Below are positions 47,921 through 60,886 of a DNA stretch of 64,000 nucleotides, piece by piece. The notes under the pieces are model-generated. The model had not been told where the DNA came from, ran no database searches, and saw only the letters and a program-made list of their open reading frames with translations. A program made the position numbers and the translations under genes. The number at the start of each line of letters is the position of its first letter. Positions within the stretch are counted from its first letter, which is position 1. The DNA is from Massalongia carnosa (taxonomy: Eukaryota): assembly GCA_965645245.1 (NCBI GenBank), contig OZ287067.1, positions 2,728,001 through 2,792,000 on the forward strand, written 5' to 3'.

Positions 47921-48651
47921 GGTGGGCAATGAGGGGGGTTTCCTTCGGGCTGTTCGGGGGTCGTAGGTAGAGGGAAGTTACACTGATGGAAGGATGGGAG
48001 GATCATTTAGGGGATCATCGTTCGGTCGGGAGAGTTCATTGGGTTGTTGGATGCGTTAAGGGGCATTTGATGCCCATTACCTACTCATCAAAAATATGCA
48101 GATATCCATTTCCTTTCCTTTCCTTTCCTTTCTCCTTGCCATCAGCTGTCTGCCTAGCTGTCTACCTACCTAGCTATCTGTCTGTTCAAGGGTTCGGTTT
48201 CATCAGCGAGCGAGAAAGCAAGCGGCTATCTGACTGATTGGCTGGCCGGCTGGCTGGCTGGCTGACTGACTGGGGTTTTATGGATTTACGGTTTTATGGT
48301 TTTACGGTTTTACGGTTGGTTATTATTGGGGTTTTGAGCATTAGTTTACGATATAACGGTTAAATGGTTAAGAAGAGCTGTTTTTCTTGTTTTTTGTTCA
48401 TCGTCTCTTATTTTTTTGGTTAAATTCTTCGAACGATGACACATGAGATGATGGGACATGACATGCGGACGCGCGCTTGCTGCTTTATATATCTTTTTTA
48501 TGTATAAAATCCCGTCTTTCCCGATCTCTTCTTCGCCTTCGTCTTCGTCTTCGTCGTCTTCTCCCTTCTTTTTATCGTGAATCGAATCCAGAAACCAGCG
48601 TCTCTCTTTTCCTGCTAGATCAATACATGCAGATGGGTTACACATAGTAGG

Positions 48652-48725
48652 TAATCGTGCTAAACCACTTTCGGAATGGAAGATAAGGGATGCTCTTCCA
48701 TTCCGAAAGTGGTTTAGCACGATTA
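48652..48725. mobile_element. Ultra-short hairpin MITE-like element
   Basis: Perfect 32-bp inverted arms (including terminal TA) at 48652..48683 and 48694..48725 around a 10-nt loop. Confidence 0.75.
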
Positions 48726-50825
48726 GTGTTTTGAGGGGGGCTTGAATTTGGACTTGAGCTTGTTACGGATTGGCTTACCTCTCTCTACCTCCGGGAAGGG
48801 GGTTTTTTTCTTCTTCTCGACTCTGGCTTCGTTTTGGTTCGTTTCGGGCTGTTTCATCTTGGTGCTACATGTTCCCGTATAAACACATACTACCTAACGT
48901 AACCCACCACTAGTTCGTCACCCACCACCACTTTAAACACCAGAATTACTTCATTTACCTTGCTGTCGCCAGCTGCAACGTCGTCGATATGAATAACTTC
49001 ATGAATCTAACTAAAGGCGCCTCTTATTCAGCCATCAATCTAACCCCGGACCGAAGGAATTGCTTCAATTGGTCGCCCAGAGCCCAAACCAACCACCCTT
49101 TTTGATCCGACTTCCCCATGCCTTCCGAGTCTCTCCAGGCGAAAAATCTCTTCGTAATAGCTTCATGATCGACAGTATTAATTATAGTGAGATGACGAGT
49201 GTGATTTTGAATGAAAGTAGTTCGATTAGCTACAAACAAGATCTAAATCAAAGGGTTTGGAATTATCAGAGGCCCAGTAGAAATTACCAGAGGCCCAAAT
49301 GAACATAAAAGCTCTTTTTTCATCGGATATTTCACCCAATCTTCGTTGTCTTTTGTATGTAAAATAGTCGTATAATTGTTGAATTCCTGGACAATCTTCC
49401 ATCTTTTTCCTGCCTCTTCAAAGACCTTTCGACATGGCCAGTTCAATTGAACAATTCCCATCCGGCGCGCGCCCTTCCATCTCTTCCAATCAGAAGAACG
49501 TATAGGTTCCATGCTTTGATCTTGTCGAGGTCTCCGAGACTCCCGATACCAGTCATCATCCATTGTTTTATTCTTCCCCTCCCCTCCCGCAACGTTCAAT
49601 CAATCCGATGTTTCAGGCCGTCGCCATCCGACGACAGTTCGAAGAGCTTGTCGAAGAACCTTTTGTAGATGGCATATCTGGAAAGGAGTGGAGAGAGCGA
49701 GTGCATCGACAATTGAACACGAAGCTCGAGGCCGCTTTGAAGGATAATGATCTCGACAAGAAGCTTGATCTACTGCGTCAACTGGCATATTGTCAGGTCT
49801 TAGAACGGGAGGGCTGTTGGAAAGGTCTCGCACGCGTACCGGACATGACCATGGACCATGTGCGCAAAGAAATTCGCGGAGAAGTGAAAGAATAGTTGGA
49901 GGCTTTTATGCATCATCGCCCTCTCCACCTCGCATGAACTCGGTATGTTCTTCCCTGTCTTCCTCGCCCATGTCATCGCCTTTGGCCAGGCGGGTGATTG
50001 CGCCGCTTTCCAGAGGAGATCGTGTAGGTTTAGCTGTCATAGCTGCAAAGAGCAAAAGAAAAACAGCGAACAAAGTCGCTCTTATTTACGGGGTCAACAG
50101 GGGAACTGTGGCCCGTCGAATAAAAAGAAGTCGAAATGCCGCGGAGTATGGTCTGACTCGTCGCCTTTTGGATGACAGCGAGGAGCAATCCATTCTTAAT
50201 TACATTGATTCGAGCACTGCTGTGGGTTTTCCCGCTCGCTTTGATGATTCGTGAAAAGGTCATGAAGTTGTTGAGACTTCGCGTTGCATCTTTGGGAATT
50301 AATTGGACGAAGCGCTTTCTTGATCGATATTCGGACTATCGTCCTCGATTTCCTCGTCACTTGGATCAGGAACGACATTGGAACACTGATCGCAAGTGTT
50401 CGAGGATTGGTTCTCCATTGTTCGAAGAACAATGGACAAGTATGGCATTGCGACAGGTGATGTTTATAACATGGATGAAAAGGGACGGGAGTTGCGGGAA
50501 ATATTCGGTAAGTGATCATATTTTCAGCTAAGTCACTTCGGTTAGAAAGTATCTGAGACTAGTTAGATGTTTTACGATTAATAAGCTTGAGCGGGGCTAC
50601 ATTTCAGATCATCGATTGGTTGAAAATTTAATCTTGATTTTAAGTTTTAAGCCTCATCATTTAAGGTTTGATGTTTACGCAAAATTTTTTATTATTTTGT
50701 AGAAAGGTCATCGTGCGACGATGCGACAAAAACGCCTTTTCCGTTCATTCTGGAGACAGGAAATGGAGCACCTGCATAGCGTTCGTTTCTACTCGAGGAT
50801 GCGTGTTCAAGCTCATGATTATCTT

Positions 50826-51147
50826 TGTTAAAACGGCAACCGATGCCAAGTACCGAAACCAGCTGACAAAGCAATTTGCATCTACCTCGGCAAGGAAAGG
50901 CTTGTGGCGGTGGCAAATTTGTATGAAGTCAGAAATCGCATCGGAAGCGGGAACCGATGAGATGGAAATGGAAGCTTCTGGAATCGCTGGTGGACGGGCA
51001 TAAATAGGAGCAGTTTTACCCTACGTAGTGGTAGAAAGTCAATCGTTTCTCCCAGTTTGTTTTGCATGTGCAAGAACTCGTTTGTCGAACTAGTCATATC
51101 AATTACCCAGTGCTACCATTCCGCCTGTTGCAGTCACAGTTCCAACA
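50826..51147. mobile_element. Solo LTR, 322 bp
   Basis: TGTT...AACA termini; 5-bp TSD ATCTT at 50821-25 and 51148-52; removing it and the LINE restores transposase LMIIFEGIRIVK. Confidence 0.85.
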
Positions 51148-51161
51148 ATCTTCGAAGGTAT

Positions 51162-51804
51162 TATTATTATTAAATTCATACTCGTTGTGACATCAGCTAC
51201 AGCCGACCCATGCGAGAAAAGCTATCAAAGTTTCAAAGAAGGAAAACCCTCATCGAGGGGAAAAAAAACCTTCATCTGTATACCTACACGTGATCGCTCG
51301 ACCTCACTTCGCGAATGCTACGTTTCGCCAGCGCCACGTCTACGACACACATGTGTATCAAGAGACTACCTTCTGCCTCTGTTATAACTAGAGTTTGTGA
51401 CTATCACTACGCGACAGTCAGGGGGAGGAAGAAAGACACTCTACAGGTAGCGAAAACTGTGTCAGTAGATTAGTCCGCATAAGCCAGCGAGCGGAGGCTC
51501 GTAAGCCCTTTTCGGTGGTCAGAAGGCGGCGATAATCCGTCGTTCCGGCGTCTCTGCACATGTTGCTTCGGCCGTTAACAAACCTGGGGCAGCTGAGTAG
51601 CACATGCTTGAGCGTCTGGCGTGCCCATCCACAGCTACACGCCGGCGAAGCGAACGTGGGAACTCGACGAGAGAAGAGATAATCCGCCAAGCCAATACGC
51701 TCAGTACGCATTTGAATGATGAGGCTGCTTTCGGATTTGCTGAAGTTCTTATGTAATCCCAGTCTCTTTATCGAAAGATCCTCAGTAAGCGCAGCGCAGG
51801 GATG
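51162..51804 (-). mobile_element. Short 3' fragment of a third LINE lineage
   Basis: QMRTERIGLADYLFSRRVP..CSCG..HVLLSC; (AAT)n tail; 13-bp TSD TCTTCGAAGGTAT at 51149..51161 and 51805..51817. Confidence 0.92.
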
Positions 51805-54727
51805 TCTTCGAAGGTATACGAATAGTAAAACCCTGAAAGGAGGAATTTCTCGAGGCAACCTTTGCCGTTAGCAAGAATGGCTGGACTGACAACAGTCATG
51901 GACTGACCTGGGTGAGAGAGTATTTCAATCCTCAGACAGTTCATTTGAAAGGCCGACGACTTCTTCTGATTGACGGGCATGCGTCTCATGTCTCTGTTGA
52001 TTTTATCGAGTACTGCTGGTCAGTGGATATAATTCCGCTCTGTCTTCCACCTCATACTACTCATTTTCTTCAGCCTTTGAACGTAGAATGTTTCGGACCT
52101 CTGGACAAAGCATAAAAAAACAGCTGAAGGAGTGAAATAAATTCGGAGAGGTGTACGTGAATAAATTGAATTATCTGAAGTTTCTAAAGAGGGCAAGGGA
52201 AACGGTCATGACTTTCGATGTAATCATGTCAGCTTGGGTTGCAACTCGTGAATAAAAGTAATATTCTTTTCTTAATGTTTTGCTATCAAGTTCAGGTATT
52301 TATTCTTTTGACCCGCAGCGAGTAATTGAGAAATTACCTCAATTTCTTCAATCGGTTCCTTCGGGCCCTTCGAGTTCAATCGTATTTCCCTTGACCTCCA
52401 CCTCCACCTCCACCTTCATCAACAGTTCATTTTCGAACAATTCTTTCGATAGAACTCCTTCTAACAAGTGCGATTACTCTGCTATGTTGAATTCATTGGA
52501 AATTTTCATACCCAAATCACATCAAGACCGGCTTCAGCGTCTCAAAAGAGCAACTGCTATCGCCTTCGCAGATCGAACACTTCTTCAAGACTCTACTCAG
52601 TCATTATTCAAAGCGAATCTGGCCAAGAAGAAGAGAAAGAAAAAGAGAAAGGAGGCAGGGAAAAGGGCTACTTATGATAGCGCTTTCGGACGTGTTCTCA
52701 CCGAGGCTCAGGCCGAGGCATATCGCATAAAAGAGAAGGAGAAAGCAGAGATCACTCGTCTGAGAAAGGAGGCCGTTGAGACTAGAAAGATGAACGCTGC
52801 TGAAAAGAAGAAGAAGGCTGAAAGAAAGAAAGATGAAAGAATCAAACGGTTGGCCGCTCAGGCTGAGAAGAAAAAGAAAGAGGATGAACTGAAGACTGAA
52901 CGTAAGCGTAAACGAATGACAAAGGCCATGCAGAAGGAGAAGGAAAAGAGGTTGAAGATGTCAAATCAAGGGCCATCGAAAAGAAGACGAGATAATTTGC
53001 CTACAAATGCTCCATTTACCTCTCAAAGTCAGATGAAGTTTACCTGAAATTCCACCCAAACACAATTGAATTTTGTATGAAACTCGCCTACCCCGCAAGC
53101 TCGTTCTTTGAAAGCATCTCCGAGTCTTTACGGGTCGATTTTGAACGCGCCTTATTTTATCAGGCCGGTGGTGAGGGAGGGAAGTCCTAATTTATGAAGA
53201 CATAAATCTTGAGAGTTGAATTTCAACGACGAGGTTTTTCGGATGGTAATGGAAGGGGGTTAGGGGATGTAATTACTCTCGGGTGATAATCAGACTGTTT
53301 TCGAGCGACGAGGCTATTCAGATTTATAATTCATCATTATTGTCGCTGTCATTGATGATGACGATGAGGGTATTTAGATATTCTGGTGTTTAAAGTAGTG
53401 GTGGGTGACGAACTAGTGGTGGGTTACGTTATATCTATATATATAGTTTCTCCATTTGCGAACATCGGCTCGTCACTGATCGGGCCTTCGTGTTGAATTG
53501 GATGTTTAAGGGTTATTTGAGTAGGATGTTTCTTTAAGAGTTTCTATATTTTTTGTTTTCTTTATTTCTTTTATTCATTCATCCATATTCCGCGCCAATT
53601 TAAGTAAGAGGAAATAGTAAATACAGCTTCCTTCGAATAAAATCTTGACTAATTCTATCTATCACAATTATCTAAATCAAAGTACGGAAAAAATTTCTAC
53701 CAGTTCACGCCCCGCACTCTTTTGGGGGGGTTTTTTTTGGTTTGGTTTTGATGTTTTATTTGGGGGGGGGGAGGGGGTTTGGGATACATGTGTAATAATA
53801 ATATATAGAGTATTTAGAAGATGGAAGATGGGGTAGGAACGGAGAGGGGAAGTAGAGAGGAAGGAGGGAAAGAAGAAAAGGCTAGATGAAATGAAGAACA
53901 TGAATGAACAAACAAATTCATATCGTTGTTAGTTTGGTTTGACCTAAAGTCAGGTATAGCCGTTTGCCCATAGCTTTAACGTACCTAGGACATAGGTGGT
54001 GCGATTGGTCGGAAGTTAGTTTTTCGGCTGGAGGTGAAGAAAAGAGAAGAAAAGATTGTGAGAGAGAGAGAGAGTGAGAGAGAGAAAGAGAAAGATCTTA
54101 GAAGCCGGATCACGCTCTCTAAAAACGGAATAATGATATTTTCTCGCTCTGTCTCTGTTATCGCCCCTTCCTTCAGTTCTTTACACCGATACGATAAGAT
54201 TCGATTCAGCATGCAAGGATTTCCTTTCTGATGCTCGCGATATGGGCCTAGTGACTTCTGACTGATGGTATTGGGGTTAAGAACTTGGGAAGGGGGGGAG
54301 GGGGTTTCGATGAATATATATATATATATGGAAGGGGGAAATAAGGGAGATAGATGGATGAATGGATGGGTGTGTGTTGGGGTCAATGAGATGAGAAGAG
54401 AATATAAAATTAATCTGAAGATTTGAGGTAAGGAATTGTAATGCGAAGTGTTTTAGCTGTCGTAATATTTTGAAGTTTGTGACAATGCTCGTCAAATTAT
54501 GCACCAATGCTCATATCCCAAATAAAAATACACATGCACCTCGCCAATACCCTACCGACCAATGATCATATCCATGCCAACTATCATATCGTACAAGCAA
54601 GTCCAACCGTGCTTCTCGGACAACACGCCCGAACGATGTAAATATCTCAATTCAACTCCCATACCAGATTGAGAGAAATAAGCAAAACACAACACGAACA
54701 TCAGATACCCCTTTCATGAAGGGGGGA

Positions 54728-55155
54728 TTATCGTGATTCCCGCACTGCGGTGCGGCCGACACTGGTGGGGCTACTGTCGGGCGTGAGGACTGGTGTGGGA
54801 GCGTGAACAGAGGAAGTGCGCCGGCGGGCGGAGCGGGTGGCGAGTTCGAGCTGACGCTTGGTATAAGTGTGCATTTGGCTGGGAGGGGACTGTCAGCAAC
54901 AAGCGTTGAGTTGGGGGAGGGGGTGGTTGTGGAGTGATAAAGGGGACCTTGGAAATGGGAAAGGGGACGGTGTCGGATCGTGAAAGTGCATATCCAACAC
55001 CATGATGTAGCTGTGACAGAAGACATGAATTTCGGTAGCATCACATACCGGGAGTATGAGGTCATGGCATCTGTAGGATTATCGACGTCATAGGACGATT
55101 GGAAGGATTCTTGGGCGGAGAGGTCGGAAGAAGAGATGGAAACTGGCGAAGACAT
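54728..55155 (-). CDS. Small Ser/Thr-rich hypothetical protein, two exons
   Basis: GTATGT...GCTGAC..CAG intron joins AMTSYSR|QMHTYTKRQLELA...ESR*. Confidence 0.6.
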
Positions 55156-56047
55156 TGTATTTGAGCTGGATGGTTTGAGGTTCGTGACGGAGAAGGTTGG
55201 CGGGTTGTTGAAAGAGGTTCTTTCCGAGGGAAATGAATATGATAACTAGAGATGATTCGTAGTTTCCCTTGAGGCAGTAGGTACGACGATTGCTGATAAG
55301 TGAGGTTGGTTCGTGAGGGTGGAATAATGAAAAATATATTCCGATGGACTTTGTATCACGGGTGTTGGGTATTTAACTCTGGCTTACCCAATCTTGTATT
55401 CGCCACCCCCTTAAAAATTCCCGTCGAGCATCTTACCCTCCCTTCCCTACTCATCCTCATCATCACATCACTACCATCAGCTGTTACGCAATTCCTGCAC
55501 ATTTCCGATTTCCCCATCTTTTCGCCCTCGGCGCAAACGAAAAAGAAAAGAAAACGCAGCGGATGATGTCGCTCGCCGGCGCAAATTTGCATCATCGCCG
55601 CATGATTTTCGTCGAGTCAGCCTCCTTTGAATAAAGTACGCTTTTGCTCGACGAATCAGCGAGTTCGATCGCCGGGATGGCTTCACAAGGGCCCGCTTAA
55701 GCGAGTATCGAGTGGCCCGTGCTTTGGCGATCATGGTGTCATGGTGGAGCCTGGGAGCCGCAGTGGCAGGGATGAACGGGTTAAGTCAACTAGGGCATGT
55801 CAGGGGCAACAGGCGGAATCGACGATGAGTCGTAAATGTGGGTGCCACATCGTCGATGTGAAATAGCCTTAGTGGCAAGACTGGATGCGCATACGGGAGC
55901 TTCGTGTTGGTTCCATGGTTAAAAGCGCCGATCATTGTCAAACGTTCAGGATCATCATTTATACATACGTCATTCTTCGTACAGGACAGCCTTGGGGGAG
56001 AAAAAGAGGTATTCTTAGTCAGCAGATATCGAAGCATGACAGTCTTC

Positions 56048-56267
56048 TTGCCTCAGTACCTCAGACGTGCGTGGGCTCTAGGAGCCGTCTAAGCCCCTCC
56101 GGGTTAGCCTATTTCGCTAAGCTCCTTCGGATTAGCGTCCCAGCTGACTAACGTGGCTGCGATAGCACGATGTGCTGCGTAGTCAGCCTGTTAACCCGAA
56201 GGGGCTTAACGATCTGTAAGGCTAACCCGAAGGGGCTTAGCCGGGCACGTCTGAGGTACTGAGGCAA
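56048..56267. mobile_element. 220-bp MITE, hAT-like
   Basis: Perfect 23-bp TIRs TTGCCTCAGTACCTCAGACGTGC; flanks CAGTCTTC / CAGTCTTG (8 bp, 1 mismatch); four internal copies of a CTAAGCCCCTTCGGGTTAG-like motif in inverted pairs. Confidence 0.82.
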
Positions 56268-57807
56268 CAGTCTTGCAGAGCATTACGATAGCTGTCCTGT
56301 TGGATTTGTTTCTATACTGTTAGCTATCGATGCTTCAATTTCATATGTAATCAGGAGATGGATGTGGCCTATTTCATGCTCTAGACTCCCCATTCTCCAG
56401 AGAAACAAATTGATGAAAACTTGTTCAGAATAAGAGCAGAGCGGAGCGAAGGAGGCAAAGGAGGCAAGACTTATGCAATTTCCAGCGCCAAAGTTCGCTG
56501 GGCTCATCTCGAGTATCCTCGTTCACCACAACGTCTGCATCCGTGGCAGTTGCAGCTTGAATTACTGTTCCGAGCAGCTCAGTTACTTTGGCTTCTATTT
56601 TCAATCTAGAACACCTCGGATTTTCACCAGCCCCAACTATGGCCACTGTCCGGATCAACCCGAGGTCACTGACTGAAAAAAAGCAATGTGAGCTTTTCAG
56701 GATCATCGCTGGAATGTTGCGGACGAGCCTAAAGGCGGCATTGACACGCTGAAGATTCTTTAAATCATGGACAAGCCTCCCACATCTAGGATCTGAAACT
56801 GAGGTTCTGATGGTGTTGATACACACGTTGGTCCTTGTGGAAACTGGTGCCCTTAAGATATTGGACATATTTTATGAAGTCCGGCATATGCGAAATGTCT
56901 CCATACTTGAATATCAGCCACAGTCCCTTCACGATCTTCCCAGCGCTTGGTTGTTGATGGTGTTCCCTCTTGATAACGGAGAGCAATGGTAATGTGACGG
57001 TACAGGATATACGAACATCTTCCATCGGTCCATTTGGATAAGAGTCAGAGATTGCAGAGATCTTGAAGTCTGCCCTATTCCGCGATGGTAACATGGATGA
57101 CTCGACTTCTGCCCCAAGGTCTGCACGAACGCTCCAGTGGAAATCTTACGGATGGTTGACAACCCGATGATATTAAGTGATCTGATCTACGCTGGAGATG
57201 AAGCCCTTCGAAATATGTGTCCTAACTTACTTTGCCTTTCTAGACGACATTGCTAAGTTTTAAATCACGTGAATAGAAGCTGCCAATGGCCGTTAAACCA
57301 TCTAGAAATGAAAACCTCCTATCATGCCCCAGTTCCGGACATAGAACTCTACCTTGCTGAAAATAATTCCGTCCATTGGGATTGACATTATCGGACTAGT
57401 ATTCATCCTCCTGATATCTCATAACTTTACTTATAGCTTTATATCATGGAATTTCTTGTCATGTTGATTAGGCACTTGAAATTCTCTTCATTGGGGAGTT
57501 GGCATAGGCAATGAAGGCGAAGATATGATAAGGCTATATGCGTCGGTTTTTTGCTGTGCGGACGAGTAATGGGAGCAGAACGCGATCTAGTGACGAAGGG
57601 AGCAGAGTCTCGTTGAAAGGGAACCGGAGGATAGCTTATTTCGGTCATCGGGGCTGGAGGACTTGGACTTCAGCTAGATCAATTAATAGTGATTTTGATA
57701 GATGTAGGCTGCGGGATGAAAAGAGAAACCAAACTTTGACGAATATAACAGAGAACATGTGCATCCCATTTTACCCGCGATAAGCCTCCTCCCCCTAGCG
57801 AAAGTAC

Positions 57808-58715
57808 TTAAACATAACCTACGAACACACGTTAGCATTTCGTCCACTCATTTCCAAAAAAAACTTTAGCTAAGGATTTCTAAACCCACCTTTCCTTGCC
57901 CCTTGGAAAAAAAACCTTACAATAAACACCTGCAAACCAGCCATACAAACCATGAGTCCGCTCTCTACAACGCTAAAGTTGAAAATACGTGTCTCAGTGC
58001 TCTTTACAGTGCTAAAATTACGGTTTTCGCGCGTTCGGAAGTATTTTTGCATCCGGTTTATGGTGGATAGTTGTCCGGAGACTTTGTAAATGGACTCTTC
58101 GAGCGCGGAAGTCTGCTCAGGAGAGGTGCCTTGCTTGCTGGGAAGCTGGGCGCGGGTTTCATTTTCAACCTGGATTTTGGTGAGAATGAGACAAATGGAA
58201 AAAATATATGTTGATAAGGGAAAAAGGGTAGCAGGGGTGGCTTTATCAAGAAGGGGGGAAACAACGTACGGCGATTTCGAAATCCACTAGTTTTTCTGCA
58301 AAGGTGCTCATGTCGTTATCAAAACAAAATCTGTATTCGCCCATCTCCTTGGCTGTAAATACAAAGTCGCCCTGGCGCTCCTTCTGCGCCTCCATGATAA
58401 TTTTGTTCCCGGGACCTATAACGCTGTAGTCGACATCGAAGGAACCGCCTGATTGAACCTGCGAGGCTCAAAATAGTTTCTGTTAGCCATGATTTGATAC
58501 GAGAATATGAAGTTTAGAAAGTAGCCGCTCTGGGCCAAAAGGTCGGCAAGGGAGATATTTACAGCAAAGTAGAAGGCGAGTTTCGCGCCCTTTTCCTCGA
58601 CGAAGCTGAAGAAACAGGCTTTTTCATTGGGCGCAAGCTTGTAGGTAAGGGCAGTGGCAGAGATAAGGGGGACGATGTGAGCCACGAGGCTACAGATTAT
58701 GGTGTGTAATCGCAT
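57808..58715 (-). CDS. emp24/gp25L/p24 family cargo receptor (Erp3-like), 4 exons
   Basis: Signal peptide; GOLD domain ACFF...FYFA|VQSGGSFDVDY...YRFCFDN; KYFRTRENRNFSTV; transmembrane helix; tail FFQGARK|GYV*. Confidence 0.92.
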
Positions 58716-60886
58716 GGTGCTGATTTTACAAATTATGGTGTCTAATCGAGTTTCGTTTTCGATATTTCATATTCCGGAGTCATGATCTTGGGAGTCTTGG
58801 CGTTGCCTGACTCATTGCAGATTTAGGGGTTACGTACCCACGGGAAATTTCATACATATCGCTTTGCGGGCAGAGAGTGTCTTAGAAAGGGGCATTCTTG
58901 ATATGCCACCCAATTCATAAAGCATCTTATTACTCTTGCTAAAGAGAACCCTCCCGAGGCTTAGAAAGGAAGTCTCAATTTGACGTTTATTTAGACGTAT
59001 GTCTGGTGTGCCGTTATTTTATACCAATGTCGGGAGGCATTCATTCCATCGAGCTTCGAACCATTGTCTGTGGTCTATGGCCCCCCGTAGAGCAGGCCAA
59101 CGCGTGATTTAGTTGGACATGGTTGTCAGGAGGGTTAATACTTAGTTTATACTCAGGTTCCAGTAGTAGACTCAAGAGAGAATCACCGCAATTATTACAA
59201 GACACTCCTACTGGAAACAAATTGGGTTCGCTTCCTGCTGTAAGAGTACGCGTACAGAAGGTCTGGCAATGATACTCTTCATGGTGGTACTAAAGTATGG
59301 CTCGGGAATCTTATAGAATTGCTGACTATGCTACAGATTATATGCACTTAACTCTAAAGACTTACGTTGATATTAATGATTAGTAATTGTATCAAAGGAC
59401 GCTGTCAATGAATGTGCAGAGAGCAGTATCACAGAGCCACAAGCAACTCCAAAGGCGTAGTTTCAAAGGCCCTTTCTCGTTATGGCCGCCCTTTTTCAAG
59501 ATGAAAAGGCGCCAGCAAGGCGTAGTCCAGAGCTTGCCAATAACGATTCTTCCAACGTTTGGGTTAGTCGAGCTTTATGCAAAACTAAGAGTTCGATTTC
59601 GTTTGTTTTATCGCCTGCTCCAAGATATCAACTCCTTTGCTACCGATAACTCTTCCAGATATGATCTTAAAGTTGAAATAATCTCAACTTCAGCTTATTG
59701 TTTACAGAACCGAGGATTATAGTGTAGTAATCAAAAGCACTCACTATTAAGCCGCTATTAGTTAGAATTGATTCATTCCTAACTTGTTCATTTTTGCTGA
59801 AGACGGTATAATATTGAAAACTCCATGTGTCTTTTATTCGTTAGTGACACAATTTTGTGGGAGAAAAGAAAGACTAAACGAGGTTGAAACTTTTTTTCAA
59901 CATCCAGTAAGGATTCATCTTCCCTTCGCTCCAACGAAAGAAGCATAAGGTTGAATTCGAGCGTTGCTCGTGTAAATCTATCTTGGATTAATGATCCCCG
60001 TATTAGGTGTGGGTGTTATTGAAAGTTCATTGGCGCAATAAAAGAGGGAATGGTAGAGTTTGCTAGTTAAACAGTTTATTCTGTAGATGTGATCCTATTT
60101 CTAGAATACTTAATTGAGCTAGATTTGCAAAATTTCGGCATACTCTATGCCACCAGATATGGCTTTAGGTAATAGCTTGTCGCACTATACTCCGTCTATG
60201 CGGTTTTCGCGAACAGCATTGACGAAATTTGCTGATCACAGCTAAATGTAGCTGTTTAAGATGAACAGTTGACGGCATAATGTTGAAATTACTACGGAGG
60301 TGACTGCTTATAGGCAACCTACAGGGCTGGGCTAGAGCTAATGGGGCTAGGCGAGTATTTCAACAGTAGCCGTTTTTGGTTGATAGAACAACTAAATTGG
60401 TTCCCTGCAGCAATAAAAGAATCGTTAACTAAGCGACAGAAGCGCTAAGAGCGCTAAACGCTGACTAAGGTTGCATTTTCGTGCCCTAACCCTAGGGAAA
60501 CGGACTTCATTCCTCTCCATTAGGTACACTTTCTTCCACAATTCATCATCAACAAATTCATTTGCTTCAAACCTCAGAAAATGCTTTATTTTTCAAGAAC
60601 GATGGCTATATGTCGTCTCACACGGCTCTTCTGGTCCTTTCCTTTCGATTGATTAGTGGCTCATCTGAGCATAAATGAAATATCCAAGTGCTATCAAACC
60701 ATAATGTTGAAATAATTTGTGCATCATTAAGTCCTTAGCGAGCTCCTTTGTTCCCCATCACATCAAGCATGAAAGTATATGTTCGCTCTAGGAAGCGAAT
60801 GTACCTAGGTGAGGAGTAATTCTTTCCATTGCACTATTCATCCATTCTTTAATGCAAGAACCACACCACTAATAGCAATCGAAATC

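Larger units (their letters stand above)
48897..53429 (+). mobile_element. Fot1/pogo DNA transposon with a degenerate, intron-containing transposase; hosts a solo LTR and a LINE fragment
   Basis: 50-bp TIRs ACGTAACCCACCACTAGTTCGTCACCC... (48897..48946 / 53380..53429, 1 mismatch); TA at 48895-96 and 53430-31; YNMDEKG, NGWTDN, LLIDGHASH, LPPHTTHFLQPL. Confidence 0.93.

Noticed and set aside
48110..48320. Low-complexity GGCT and TTTACGG runs
   Set aside because: Simple microsatellite-like sequence
56434..57250. Possible decayed gene (protein-like stretches broken by stops)
   Set aside because: No family motif recognised; cannot be supported without a homology search
60483..60496. CCCTAACCCTAG as a telomerase RNA template or telomere remnant
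   Set aside because: Fewer than two repeat units and no recognisable pseudoknot or CR4/5; could be a telobox or chance
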